A DNA stretch of 64,000 nt from positions 1,893,802 through 1,957,801 of the forward strand of contig NC_068998.1 in the NCBI RefSeq assembly GCF_001194135.2. Direction: 5' to 3'. Position numbers and translations under genes: made by a program. Each line of letters opens with the position of its first letter. Position 1 is the stretch's first letter. Of the stretch, positions 39,281 through 51,666 are shown piece after piece. Under the pieces are notes generated by a model, which saw nothing but the letters and a program-made list of their open reading frames with translations, did not search any database and was not told the origin of the DNA. The DNA is from Octopus bimaculoides. Taxonomy: Eukaryota.

Positions 39281-39888
39281 CAGGCTTCTTTCAGTTTCTG
39301 CCTACCAAATCTACTCACAAGGCTTTGGGCAGGGCTGAAGCTATTATAGAAAACACATGAATGGTTCCAGATATAATCATGGCGAAGGTTTAACATTGGA
39401 TTTATTTAAAACGGGGACAGACATAGGTGTGATTTTAGGCGCAGTCCCACTGCAGGGTACATTGGGAAAGCCCTATTTAAACCTCAGGATGACCAATGGC
39501 TAGTGAGTAAATTTAGTAGATGGAAACTAAAAGGTCTGTCCTCTGTGTGAGTGTGTGTGTGTGTGTTAGTTGTCAGTACGTGTACAGACATGCCTGCATG
39601 ATTGTCGTCGTTTCATAGCTTCTGCTTCAGCAAAACAATGAATGAGGCTTCCATTCGTTGTTGACATTATAAATAGCTACTTTGTGTTTTCAAAGATCTA
39701 TGAAGTAAAAAGAAATTCCCTTCTTTGAATAAGAGGATCATCTAACAGTAAAATCCCACCTCAAACACATCTCTATCCAAAGCCCTGCCAGCCGGAAAAT
39801 ATGTACAATAATACAATGAAACAAATCAATGGATGAAATATAGAAAAATTGATTCAATATAGAGAAATGGATTTATAAAAACACTGGC

Positions 39889-40097
39889 TTAACACGTTAA
39901 CATTTAAACCAACAGTATCCAACCAAAATATTCTGCCTGTTTTATGTTCAAACTGGCCATATCTGGCTTCTTACACTTATCTTTCTAAAAATAATTACAT
40001 CATCAAAATCTCAAAACTACAGGATAATGCAGGATAAATTCAAAACATTAATAAATAAGCTTTACATTTGGCAGTAATCCGAATGCTGAAAGGTTAA
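39889..40097. mobile_element. TTAA-bounded MITE (piggyBac-like ends)
   Basis: Begins ttaacacgttaacattt and ends aatgctgaaaggttaa; three homologous copies in the window. Confidence 0.65.
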
Positions 40098-40928
40098 ATA
40101 AACGAAAACACAGCTTTGGCCATAAGTCCCATGGCACTTTGCACGAGTGTTTTCTACTACAACCCTGGGCCGACCAATGCTTTGCGAGTGAATTTGGTAG
40201 ACAGAAAGTGAAAGAAGTCTATCTTATATACATATGTGTGTGTTTGTCCCATCATCACTTGACAACTAGTATTGGTTTGTTTATAGCCTTGTAAATTAGC
40301 AGGTAGAAGTATCAGACTTTATAAAACACAAGGACTGCAGTCAATTTGTTCAACTAAACCCTTCAGGGCTGAGCCCCAGCATGGCTACAGTCCATGTGTG
40401 TTTAACCCTCCTAAAACTAATCTCTGCATTTTACCATCTCCGTAACAAGTAAAAAAAAAAAAATTAAAAACAACCAATGGGGAAAATATAAAAACTGCGT
40501 TTATAAAGTGTGGGTTAAAGTCAAGGAAAATGATTTGATATTTTCATTAATGAAGTTTGTTTTGTACGAACTGTGATGAGAAACCAGGTCGGAATCAATA
40601 TTGCTGTACTTTGAAAAGGTTATTTCACCAATAACCATATACGCTGGCTGTAGGCTTAAGTTACATTGTCTACTAATCAATAATTTAATTGATTGATCTG
40701 TTAATAGAAATTGATTACAATAACCTAATCCTCTTAATATACAAGATGCAATATTATCATTGAGAAGGAGAGGAAAAACTATGGACTAAAACCATTGATT
40801 CCTTTGTAACTATGGTCAGGGCCCTTCATCTTTATTCTTGCTCAGCACTATTTCTCATGAAAACACTGTTATGCACATTTTTTTTATCAAACACAAGCCA
40901 ATTTTACATAGGGTCATATTATCCCTTA

Positions 40929-41491
40929 GATGTGGCTGCAAGGGTTGGTGTTGATCCCAAAACAGTCTATAGTGTCATGAAATGCTCCAGTGAGACAGAT
41001 TCAATCAACAGCAAGCTCATTCCTGATCGTAAACAATTTTATAAGGATGAAACAATTGGTGATTGTTGTCATGAAATCCATGGCGGAGCATGAAGCAAAT
41101 GGCTAAAAGTCTCAATACGGAGATTCAGAATGCTGGTGACAATGTCTTCATCTGGTCAGATGAAAAGATATTCATTGCGGAAGCTGTAGCGAACTCCCAG
41201 AATGACAGGATTTGGGCCACAAGGTCGGATGCTGTTCCCGAAGGTGCCTGTAAGGTGTTTCACTAAACGAAACCTACTGGAATGATGGTTTGGGCGGCAG
41301 TGTCATCTGATGGTTGAAAATCTCCTCTGGTATTCATTAAAGAGGGGACAAAGGTCAATTGGGAAATTTACATGAAAATGTTGGAGGATAATGTTTTGCG
41401 ATGGGTGACCAAAGCATTTGGAGATAATTACATGTTCACACAAGACGGTGCTCCTTCTCATACATCCAATGTGACACAGCAGTGGTGCAAA
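40929..41491 (+). pseudogene. IS630/Tc1/mariner (maT-like) transposase fossil
   Basis: HTH-like DVAARVGVDPKTVY, then from 41153 in one frame with two stops: WSDEKIFIAEAVANSQNDRIWA...MMVWAAVSSDG*KSPLVFIKEGTKVNWEIY...MFTQDGAPSHTSNVTQQWCK. The third catalytic residue is not present. Confidence 0.88.
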
Positions 41492-42026
41492 CTAATGAGG
41501 GGTTCAATATTTTGCAGCACTGAGCCAAAATAAACCTGGCCAGGAGCTGGGACAAGACAGCAGCTATCTCTCAGCTCCTCAATGTGGTGGGGTGGAGCTA
41601 AGGTAAGTCAATTCATTTCACTCCTGATATTAGGGGGTGAGTAACACACACAAAGATTTCTGCTTACAAAAAAAAAAAAAAAATCTTATTTACTTGGGTT
41701 TATTTTTAATCAATACTCATCAATACCTTTGATGAGTCCTACCAGATATGAATCTATACACAATCAATAGACTTTGTTAAAGAAAAGAAAACAAAACAAA
41801 TAGAAAACGAAATTGATTAGCTGTGTGAGGTTTTCACATAGTTTTCCTCTCTTACATAGAGTTTTCCGTGGTTCATTGAATGCTGAAAGTATCATTTACA
41901 GCGGAATGTCATTCAAACCATTAACTACTAAACTGTAAGATAAAGCTCAGCAAGGAAACCGTGTCCGGTTTCCAAGATCAATAAGTCACTTGCTTTCTTC
42001 TGTTTTATTTTTATTCATATTATCAT

Positions 42027-42365
42027 AGGCACAAGTGTAGCTGTGAGGCAAGAAGTCTGCTTCCCAACCACATGGTCCCAGGTTCAGTTCCATTGCATGG
42101 CACCTTGGGCAAATGTTGTTTACTACAGCCTTGGACCAACTTAATGTTATGTGAGAGAATTTGAAAACCTCCCATCACACACACACACACACACATGCAT
42201 GTATGATGGGATTCTTTCAGTTTCCATCTGCCAAATCCACTCACAAGGCATTGGACTACCAGGGCTAAAGGAGAAGACATATGCCCAATGTGTTGTGCAA
42301 TGGAACTGAACCCAAGAACAGATGCTTTGGAAGCAAGCTTCTTAACCACACAGCTGCATTTGTGA
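42027..42365. mobile_element. Tail-to-tail inverted pair of SINE family A 5' halves
   Basis: + copy ~42027-42140 and - copy ~42210-42365, separated by a (CA)n spacer. Confidence 0.8.
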
Positions 42366-42415
42366 CTATATAGTCATTTTTGCACCAATGTGTATACATA
42401 TATATACATACACAC

Positions 42416-42450
<35 letters not shown>

Positions 42451-42506
42451 AAATAAAATTAACAAAGCACTACCATCACCCCACATTCCAATGTTTAACG
42501 ACTTAC

Positions 42507-42682
42507 CTCCAAAGCGGTTGCGAGACAATTTATAGGCTGGTCTCATGCCATTTGGATTGCGAGACAGATGAGGGAGATAGGTGAAAAGACTAGGTAAATG
42601 GATAGAGGACTGGCCATAAAGGTCAGTGAAGTTGACCAGAGCTGTTTGGAGATCACTTGGAAACTTCTCAATTAGGACTGAC
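42507..42682 (-). CDS. MGAT4B: MGAT4 exon 3
   Basis: Acceptor tctattctag|, donor GAG|gtaagt; SIHLPSLFTYLPHLSRNPNGMRPAYKLSRNRFG matches the conserved PS....LPHL...P motif. Confidence 0.9.
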
Positions 42683-42714
42683 CTAGAATAGAGAAAATGA
42701 ATTGTATGTTTATA

Positions 42715-42790
42715 TACAGGAGGGTGCCAAAGTAGGTGTACAGTTATGAAAAAAGAAAACCCGTACAATATTCATTTATTTTTATCAAAC
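42715..42790 (+). mobile_element. Isolated Tc1/mariner-type terminus
   Basis: TA-cagg..ggtgccaaagtaggtgtacagtt resembles Tc1/mariner TIRs; no partner end found. Confidence 0.35.
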
Positions 42791-44246
42791 AAATTAAAAG
42801 TTAGCCTCATTTTGGATATTTTCAGTTTCATTAATTATAATTATAAATTTATAACTACAATAATACTTTTATTGTAACTTAATTTTTTAATAAAAATAAA
42901 TGAGTGTGTGTGTGTGTGTATATATATGTATATATATATATATATATATATACAGAGAGAGAACAGAAGCATCTGCTCCATGTTAACATGATGTAATAAA
43001 GTGTTCCCCTGAAGATCTATTGCAGAAATGCACCCAAATGCATTATTAACACCCGTTGCATAAGATGAAGCGAGCGACACAATAATTGAAAGAGTTAAGG
43101 GATAAATGAGGGAAAGATATAACTGAAGATGCCATGATATTACAAACTTTGCTATATATTCATATTTTGACTTTTCCTACTCCATTCCCATATGACCATC
43201 ACCTTCTGAAATTTCTACATCCTGTTCTTTTTTTTTATCTGTCTCTCACTTCTTAGAATCTTTTGTTACACTCTCTCTCTCTTTTTCTCCACTCTTATTC
43301 TCTGACATTTCAGCACAATCACCACCATTATCAGTTTTCCTTATCACATCACATTTTCATTTCCCATAACTCTCTCTCTCTCTCTCTGTTCATTATCAAC
43401 ACCACTTTTATCACTACTGCTGCTTCTGCCTCTACTAACTTGTTTCTTTCTTTCTTTCTTATTACTTTCCTTTAGCATGACACAAAAGATAAGTAGGTAG
43501 GTAGGTAGGAGCATACTATTGTATGGAACATTATCCCATAATCCATACTTACAACGTAATCCTAGAAACATTGATTAAAACGATGGGATGATCCTGAGTA
43601 GAATATCTTTGATTGTAGGTTTGCTCAATTAGGTCCCATGTGGGACTAAATAACAACAATGCTAAATTGATTGCCCCCAGAGTAATCAGGTGAATTTGAA
43701 CAGAACTGACCAGAGATATTCTTCAACAAGTAACAAAAACTCAGGCCTGTGAGTGAATAACAGTTTTTTTACAGAGACACTCAACCCCTCAAAGCCAGTC
43801 TTATAGAGTTAAGTTTCCTCTAAACATTTCCATCCTTCAAACAAAAATCACATGTTTAATCCTAATATTACTGTATGTTCACAATAAATATCAGATGACC
43901 ACTGACAGAATACAGGTCAAGCAATTATTAGTTTGCCTAGCTACACACCAGAAATATTCAAACAAAACTGACCATGGTTATTCAATAACAACAATAACGG
44001 AAACAAAACAACATAAATGCCAGTCTAGCACGATATTCCATCATTTATGCATTTATTATATCTCACATTGATTAAAAGAACATCTTTAAATAATTTATCA
44101 AAATAATATATCATGGAGATAATGTTATTTGTATTTGTGGATGACATTTTGAGGTGGTGCCCAAGCAATTTAGTTGAGCAACATTGTGCTGGTACTGACA
44201 AAAGAGACACTAGAGTGTTTTATATTCTAATGTTTCAGTCTGGAAG

Positions 44247-44278
44247 AGAGAAAGCCAATAAATTTATTGGCTTTCTCT
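44247..44278. repeat. Perfect 32-bp palindrome at SINE tail junction
   Basis: agagaaagccaataaa|tttattggctttctct. Confidence 0.95.
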
Positions 44279-44481
44279 ACTCACAAGGCCTGAAATTTTT
44301 GAGGAGGTGGGGCAATTGATTAGATCAACCCCAGTATGCAACTTGTACTTAATTTATCAACCCTGAAAAGATGAAAGGCAAAGTCGACCTCGGCAGAATT
44401 TGAACTCAGAATGTAAAGACAGACAAAATATTGCTAAGCATTTTGCCTGGTGTGCTAACGATTCTGCCAGCTATCCACCTT
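44271..44481 (-). mobile_element. SINE family B, full-length young copy
   Basis: Near-intact head (tggcagaatcgttagcacaccaggcaaaatgcttagc), B-box-like gagttcaaattc, tail ggccttgtgagtagagaaag. Confidence 0.85.
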
Positions 44482-44785
44482 GTCACCCATATTGTATCCA
44501 AGCCCTCAGACCCTGTACTAAACATTATGACCATTCCTTGTCCTCTGGAAAACATCATCCCACTGAAACCTCTTCCAGTCTCAGGTGTCAGCTTGAAAGA
44601 GTTAAATGAATCAGTTTACCCGTCTCATATAAGGTCACAGGTATCCTATCACGTTATCGAACAGATGAGGTTGCACATGTGGGTGCCTGTGCATGCATTT
44701 ACATGTGTCTGGTGAGTCAATATCAATACAATTGATTGCTGTAGAAACAAAGAAAAGGAAGCAATAAAAAAAAAGACTGACTTAC

Positions 44786-44948
44786 TTGTTTGAAACATTG
44801 CTGTGAAGCACGGACTGCAAGAGGTAGGTGAACTGACTACGCAGTATGTGAATGTCATTTTTTCTCTGCTTGTTCAGAGATTCAGCAAATTTTAGCCGTG
44901 CATGCAGTTCAGCAAACCTTTTTTCCAATAATGCTTCATATTGACCAT
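44786..44948 (-). CDS. MGAT4B: MGAT4 exon 2 (coiled-coil stem)
   Basis: Acceptor ctcctcttcag|, donor AA|gtaagt; DGQYEALLEKRFAELHARLKFAESLNKQRKNDIHILRSQF resembles the MGAT4 stem (F..L..RL..AE....QR). Confidence 0.85.
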
Positions 44949-45897
44949 CTGAAGAGGAGGAGAGGAGAGAATTATGCACGCAACCACCAGGTGGCAGAAC
45001 TGCAAGAACTAAATGCAGGAATTTAGTGACAAAAACATAATTAACAGGTGATAACTATTGATAAGCACAGGTATATGTGGTTAAGAATTTTACCTCCCAA
45101 TAACATGGTTCTGGGTTCAGTCCCACTGCATGGCACCTTGAAAAGAGTGACTTCTACTACAGCCCCGAAGCTTTGTGAGTGGAATTGGTATATGGAAACT
45201 GAAAGAAACCCATTGTGTGTGTGTGACTCTTTGTCTTGACATCACATGATAGCTGTAAATGATTGCCACTGTTATACAGTGTCGTTCATTTCCAATACTT
45301 TGTGAGAGCATGTCTGGCCATGACTAAATATTACGTTGCCTGGAAACAGGTTAAAGGTTGGCAACTGGAAGGGCATGCAGCTGTAGAAAATCTGCTCAAT
45401 GCACTCCATGAGATTCATGCAGATATGGAAGAGCAAACGCTAAAATAATGCTGATTATGGTTCAATCAATGTCCAGTCTTAATGAAACAGAACTAAACTG
45501 CGAATACCAGTTATATAATCCCCAAGTCGACACTGTTTAGCAAAGACATTCCAATCACTGACCATCCCATCTATTTGTTTACTATTAATGTACTATGTAA
45601 AGACACAAATCTACTGCACACAGTCAGTTACAACAGATGTTTCAGTTAATTCAATCAATGAAACTGCCTGCACATGAAATCAACAAGCAAGTGGCTGAGT
45701 ACCCCACAAACATGCGTACCCTTAATGTAGTTTTCAGGGAGATTCAGCAAGGCCCAATGTGAGAAGGCTGGCCCCTTTTGAATGACAGGTACAACTCATT
45801 TTTACCAGCTGAGTGGACTGGAACAAAACGAAATAAAATCTCTTGCACAGGATCACAATGAATTCCTGATGTTAAGAAGGTGAGCTAAATACCCAAA

Positions 45898-45929
<32 letters not shown>

Positions 45930-47323
45930 CCCAACACTTTTTTTTTTCGTTCTTTCTATCTCCTCTTATTCCTTTCTGCTGAAGAGCATAGACTCAGAAT
46001 GTAAAAAAATTCTTTTCCATTTTCCCCCCAAGTGTCAAATTAATACACTTGCTTGCTGTTCCTACACCTGTCTTCATCCTTGTTTTTCTATAAATTTGAA
46101 CTAGATATATGTGTATACACATATCCACTCACAAGCCTTTGGCTGGCCCAAACCTATTATAGAAGATACTTGCCAAAGGTGCTGCACAGTAAGATTGAAC
46201 CTAAAACCGTGTGATTGCAAAGCTTCTTAACCATATGATGACATCTGTACCTCTTTATGAATACAAGAACTCAAAAGATCAAGAAGCAGTCAGAATCTTC
46301 TCCAAGACTTCTTAATGTCGATGGAAGATTTAATTATTCTTCACATAACATAACCACCGCTTGTGCCACTCCGTGAATGTGGTGCTTCATTTTATGTAGA
46401 ACCCTACACCAAAAGACACATTTGGCTCCCTAAAACTATTCAAGATGATATTCCATGGGGTACTTTGAATAGTTTAAGCCTGCAGCTGATAGCAAAAGTC
46501 AGCAGAGAACCGAGTGCCCTGGATACTACTGGACAGTCACCAACAGGTTTAATGTGGACAGACGGACTAATTTTGGTCATCATAGATTGATTACAGTTAA
46601 TTTAGCAGGTTGGTATACATTTCAAGACCGATTCACTCCACTATTTGTACTCTATGTCATGTTGAAAAGAATGCATGGGAAAGACATTAAACAACAATTG
46701 TCTACGCTGCTGAAACTGAAGCAAAGTTAAACACAATCACATCTTAGAAGACTCTCCTAGTTTGAGATGATAGTTTCTACAAGAAAAAGAAACAACAAAG
46801 GCAACAAACAATTAAAAACAAAAACAAAAAAACTAAAGTGAAATAAATAAGCATTAATTAAATAAACAAAATGGAAGAAAGGGAGAAGTGAAATGTGCAG
46901 AACAGAAGAAGAAAAGCAACGGAAATGGTTAGGTTTAGCAACTCTGTTTAGTTTCTTAGTTCTTTATTTTCCTTTTACTTATGTTTTACTTGTTTCAATC
47001 ATTAGATTGCGGCCATGCTGGGGCCATCACATTCAAGAATTGACCCCAGTACTTGATTTTTTTTTTAAAGCCTGGTACTTAGTCTATCAGTTCTCTTTTT
47101 CCAAACCACTAAGTTACCGGAACATAAATACACCAACACTAACTGTCAAGCAGTGATGTGGGACACACACACACACATTTATTTATGACTACTTTTGGTC
47201 ATCATAGATTGATTACAATTAATTTACTATAGCAGAAAACACTTTCCCAAGGTACCACACAGTGGAACTGAACCTGGAACCATGTGGTTAGGAAGCAAGC
47301 TTCCTACCACACAGTCATGTCTG

Positions 47324-47399
<76 letters not shown>

Positions 47400-47400
<1 letters not shown>

Positions 47401-48020
47401 TAGCAGTAACACCTGTCATTGATTGGGTAATTACTTTTACTCTTTCTCGGGAGCCACATTCAAAGTATTATTATATTTATAATTTACTCCTCCTGTACGT
47501 GTGTATTTTATAAGGAAAAAAATCCTGTAATAATTGAAGTAGAAAAAAGATCAATTTTATACACAAACTTCTGTTTGTTTATTATATGACAATAATAAGC
47601 AAGTTGTGTTATTTTATTTATCAATACACTAATAGAAATTATATAATACAGTTCATTGAAATAGGTAATTTACTCATTCCTGAATGTGACAATAGTAATG
47701 GTAAATTAAGTTATTTAAGTATTTATGCTGCATTAAAGAGTGAATATTTCTTTATAAACAACTTTGTCAATTGAGTTAGAAGTGAATATTTCTCCCACAA
47801 GTTTATTCAATAGCATATTATTTATTCTCTCTTCGGCAACATTTTTTGGAGCCAGGGTAGCTCACTCACAGATCCAATCTGCATTGTTGTAATTATGAAG
47901 AAGATTCGGAAAGATTTCAGCCCCTAAATCATCGACGGAATCAGCTGAATTACAAACTGGATTGTGTGTAAGAAACTGTTCTTCATCAATTGTAACTCTC
48001 CCTTCACCGAGTTTCAATGT
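47400..48020 (-). mobile_element. Helitron fragment: PIF1-helicase remnant plus CTAG 3' end
   Basis: 48020->47760 translates TLKLGEGRV...EIFPNLLHNYNNADWICE*ATLAPKNVAEERINNMLLNKLVGEIFTSNSIDKV (W..ERA.LAP.N motif, one stop). The element ends ttactgCTAG|T at 47400, abutting (TA)n. Confidence 0.85.
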
Positions 48021-48024
48021 TTAT

Positions 48025-49530
48025 TACATCATCATTTAACATCTGCTTTCCAAATGGGCATGGGTTGGACAGTTTGACAGGAGCTGGCCAGGTAGAAGCC
48101 TGCACCAGACTTCTGTGACTGTTTTGGCAGGACTTTTACAGCTGGATGCCCTTCCTAATACCAACCACCCAGCAGAGTGGACTTAGTGCTCTTTATGTAG
48201 CACAAGTACAGGTGAGGTCAGTTTTGGCAAGGTTTTTACAGCTGGATGCTCTTCCAAATGCCAACCACTTTACAGTGTGGACTGGATGCTTTTAAGTAGC
48301 ACCTGCACTGAAAGGGTTACCAAGTAACCTGCAAGACAAAAATCTTTTGAGAGGGGAGGGGACATTGGAGGAGGTGATCTTGTGTCAGATGTTGAAAGGT
48401 TATAGTGAGACAGAGAGACAGAAACAGGCGTCTTGCTGTAGAGGAGGTGCAAGATTACCCTCCCAGAGAGAGAGATCAGGAATGAGGACAGAAACAGGTG
48501 TGCTGCCGCAAAGGAGATACATGGTTACACAAACTGAGGGAAGTGCAGGAGAAAAAGAGAGAGAGTGGCAAAGTGCCAGGCATACTCACAAGGGACAGGG
48601 ATCAGAATATAAATGGGATGGTCAAGTAAAGGCAGAGAGAGAGAGAGAGAGATGTTGGCAAGTGCCAGGGTAGATACCCTTGGGGTTCGAAGGTCGTAAT
48701 ATAAGTGGCAGGTTATTGCCAAAGAAGCATGATTAGAGAGTGGGGAGGAGAAGTGAGTGGTGAAAACCTGGGTATACAGAGTGAGGTGGGGACTACCTGA
48801 TAGCAACGATGCAGAGAAACAGGGCCGTGAGGAGAGGATTGGGGAGTGAGAGGTAGCCATAGTGTATGAAGGAGGAAATGTGAGGAAGAGAAGAGATGTA
48901 GACATGTAGATTGGTTTGTTGGGGTAGGGTGTGTGGGGAACACAGATCAGGGGGAGGGGATAGTGGATAGCAAAGATACAGTGGTACAGGGCCAAGGGGA
49001 CAGGATTGGGGAGTGGGAGGTAAGCAATAGTGCATGAAGCGGAAATGTGAGGAAGAGAAGAGATGTAGTTTGGTTTGTTGTGGTAAAGTGTGTGAGAAGT
49101 TCTCTTGTTCAGTGTGGGTGGGACACACAGCGCTTCTAGAACTCAGTTTCACTGACGTGGACGGGTCTTCTCTAGAACTTCATATCTCCAGACATCTCGG
49201 TCCATGGTCATTTCCTCTGAGACCCAACTTCCTGAGATCGGTCCTTGCCATTTCATCCTACGTCTTCCTGAATCTCCCTCTTCCATGGGTACCATCCACT
49301 TTCAGTGATTGGCACTTCTTTATGTAGCTGCCTTTATTCATACACATCACATGTCCAAACCAATGTAGTCTTCTCTCTTGCAAGCTACATTTGACTCCTC
49401 TTATGTCCAACTTTTCTCTCAATACATTTGCACTTTGTCGTACATGTGCACTGATGTTGCACATCCAATGGAGCATGCTACCTTCATTTCTCTCCAGTCT
49501 ACCCGTGTCTTCTACCATGGAGTATAGCTG
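48025..49530 (-). mobile_element. RTE LINE 3' fragment (ORF end plus long 3' UTR)
   Basis: ORF 49258-49536 ERNEGSMLHWMCNISAHVRQS...QERRLHWFGHVMCM...KKCQSLKVDGTHGRGR is homologous to 6150-6400; purine-rich UTR and shared tail. Confidence 0.85.
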
Positions 49531-49554
49531 ATACAATTAATAGTAGTACACAAT

Positions 49555-49923
49555 AGCAGTCAGCTGGCAGAACTATTAGGGTGGCTGACAAAATTGCCTT
49601 TACATTTGGAGTTCAAATCCTATCAAAGCTGACACTGCCTTTTATCTTTTCAAGGTGGATAGAATAAATACCAGCTGGGTACTGAGATTGATGTAACTGG
49701 ATAATCCCCTCCCATCAAATTTCAGGCTTTCTGCCTATAGCACAAAGGATCATCTTCATCATTATTATTATATCATTAGAATAAGTTCTGAGTTCAAATT
49801 CCACCAAGGTCAACTTTGCTTTTCGTCTTTTTGAGGTTGATAAAATAAGTACCAGTTGAGTACTGGGGTCAATGTAATCAACTAACCCTTCACCAAAATT
49901 TCAAGCCTTGTGCCTATAGTAGC

Positions 49924-49925
<2 letters not shown>
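49555..49925 (+). mobile_element. Two tandem SINE family B copies ending in (ATT)n
   Basis: The same body is repeated at ~49560-49745 and ~49785-49925. Confidence 0.75.
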
Positions 49926-49954
<29 letters not shown>

Positions 49955-51626
49955 GAGTGAAAGAACAGTGCATGTCATCAAAGTGACACTGGGGTACAAT
50001 TATACAAAGCCCAATATACCCATCATGACTACCTGTCTGGTAAGGGTACACGAGGCACATGCATCACAACCATATGTGCGTGACATGGAAACCATATATC
50101 AAGAGAAACAGTGCATGACTTTACAGGTGGGGCCCAGTTAGAATTTTCTTCAGGTCAAGTATCCCATCCTACTCAAAAAGTCCCTGAATAAGGGTTGTTT
50201 AAGGATGTTGAATGAAACACCCATGTTTCCAGAAGTGAGTCATCCAAACCGCAAAGAATTCTTCTCAACACATGGCTGTGATGTTCCCCCAATACTTCTG
50301 CTCGTGATCAGAGATGCACATATCGTCAGCCACCAAGGGACATGCACAACTGGTTAAGGTCAAATAACTGACAAAGAAATCCTTGGTATTGAGCAGAATA
50401 TTTGCTGTATTTGCCCATCTTTTATACCAAGACAAAACAATGGACATGATGACACTCCCAGACCAGAAACCGTGAGAGCCACTGGCTGGTATTGCATCAG
50501 AGCAGTACCAGGTATTATTATTATTATTAGTAGTAGTAGTAGTAGTATCATTATAGGTAGTGAGCAAACAGAATCATTACAACAGCAGACAAAATACTTA
50601 GCATCATTTTTTTCCCACCATTGCGTTCCAAGTTCAAATCTCACTGAGGTCAACTCTAACATTCATCTTACATTAAATGTCAAGTCTTTCTCAATTATCC
50701 CCCTTTACGCTGCAACTATTTTGAATGGTGAATTTGTTAACTTTGGCTTGTATTAGATAAGGATAAACTACTTATTACCATTACAAAATTTTCTACAGCC
50801 TCCTCCATATTCGATGACCACCATTGAGATCCATCAGGTTTATTTTTAGTATTCTTGCTTTTAAGAGCAGTCCAGTTTATTTCAGATATTCTCATTTTAA
50901 AAACTATCTCTGGCTAATCGCTGAGAGGACGTTGGCGTTGCCTTGGCAGAGGTTTGTGCGCTCTGAGTGCTCTTCTTATTACTACTGCTATCCTAAGTGG
51001 TAATGGCTTCATTGGCAGAACTACTAATTAAGAAATATTATTTGGATGGTCGTTGACCATCTACCCTTAGACAAGTCTTGTTTTCCACCCAGCAGAGAGA
51101 CCAAACAGCTCAAAAACACACCCACTTCACACAGTACGCTTAATGGGGTTGTTGGTTGAGTCAATGACAGCTCAACTTTGTGGAAACTGACCAGAATCCA
51201 ATCTCCCAGATGTGATTTGATTTCACAACTTCAATCATGATGGTGGTAGCAGCGGGACAAATATCACATGCACAAATAAATTAGATGTAGTAAAGGAGAG
51301 ATGAGGGAGGATAGAACATGTGCTTCACTGTGCAACCACATATATAAGAAATGGTGGAGGTTGCATGAGCTTTGGGGGAAGGTGGAGCAGTCTGTTACAA
51401 AGTGAGGAAACAAAAATATCACCAAGAGGAAGCAAAGTTAAACATTTGGAATTAAAATACAGTGATCTTCAAATGAAAACAGATACAATGGGAAAAATAG
51501 CTCAATTCACATTAGAATGGAGATCTAGAATCAGTTCCACGTTCACTGCTCTTGCTATGGTCGTAAATTGAATGACTGGAGACAGCATGGTGAAGTTGTA
51601 GCAAAAATATCACAGAGGGAGAGAGA

Positions 51627-51666
<40 letters not shown>

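Noticed and set aside
41498-41522. Possible right TIR of the maT-like element (aggggttcaatattttgcagcactg)
   Set aside because: No matching left TIR found upstream and no TA flank, so it is not reported as a feature.
50935-50980. ccttggcagaggtttgtgcgctctgagtgctctt, resembling the end of a known class of non-autonomous elements
   Set aside because: Single end only; no partner terminus or second copy in the window to support a call.
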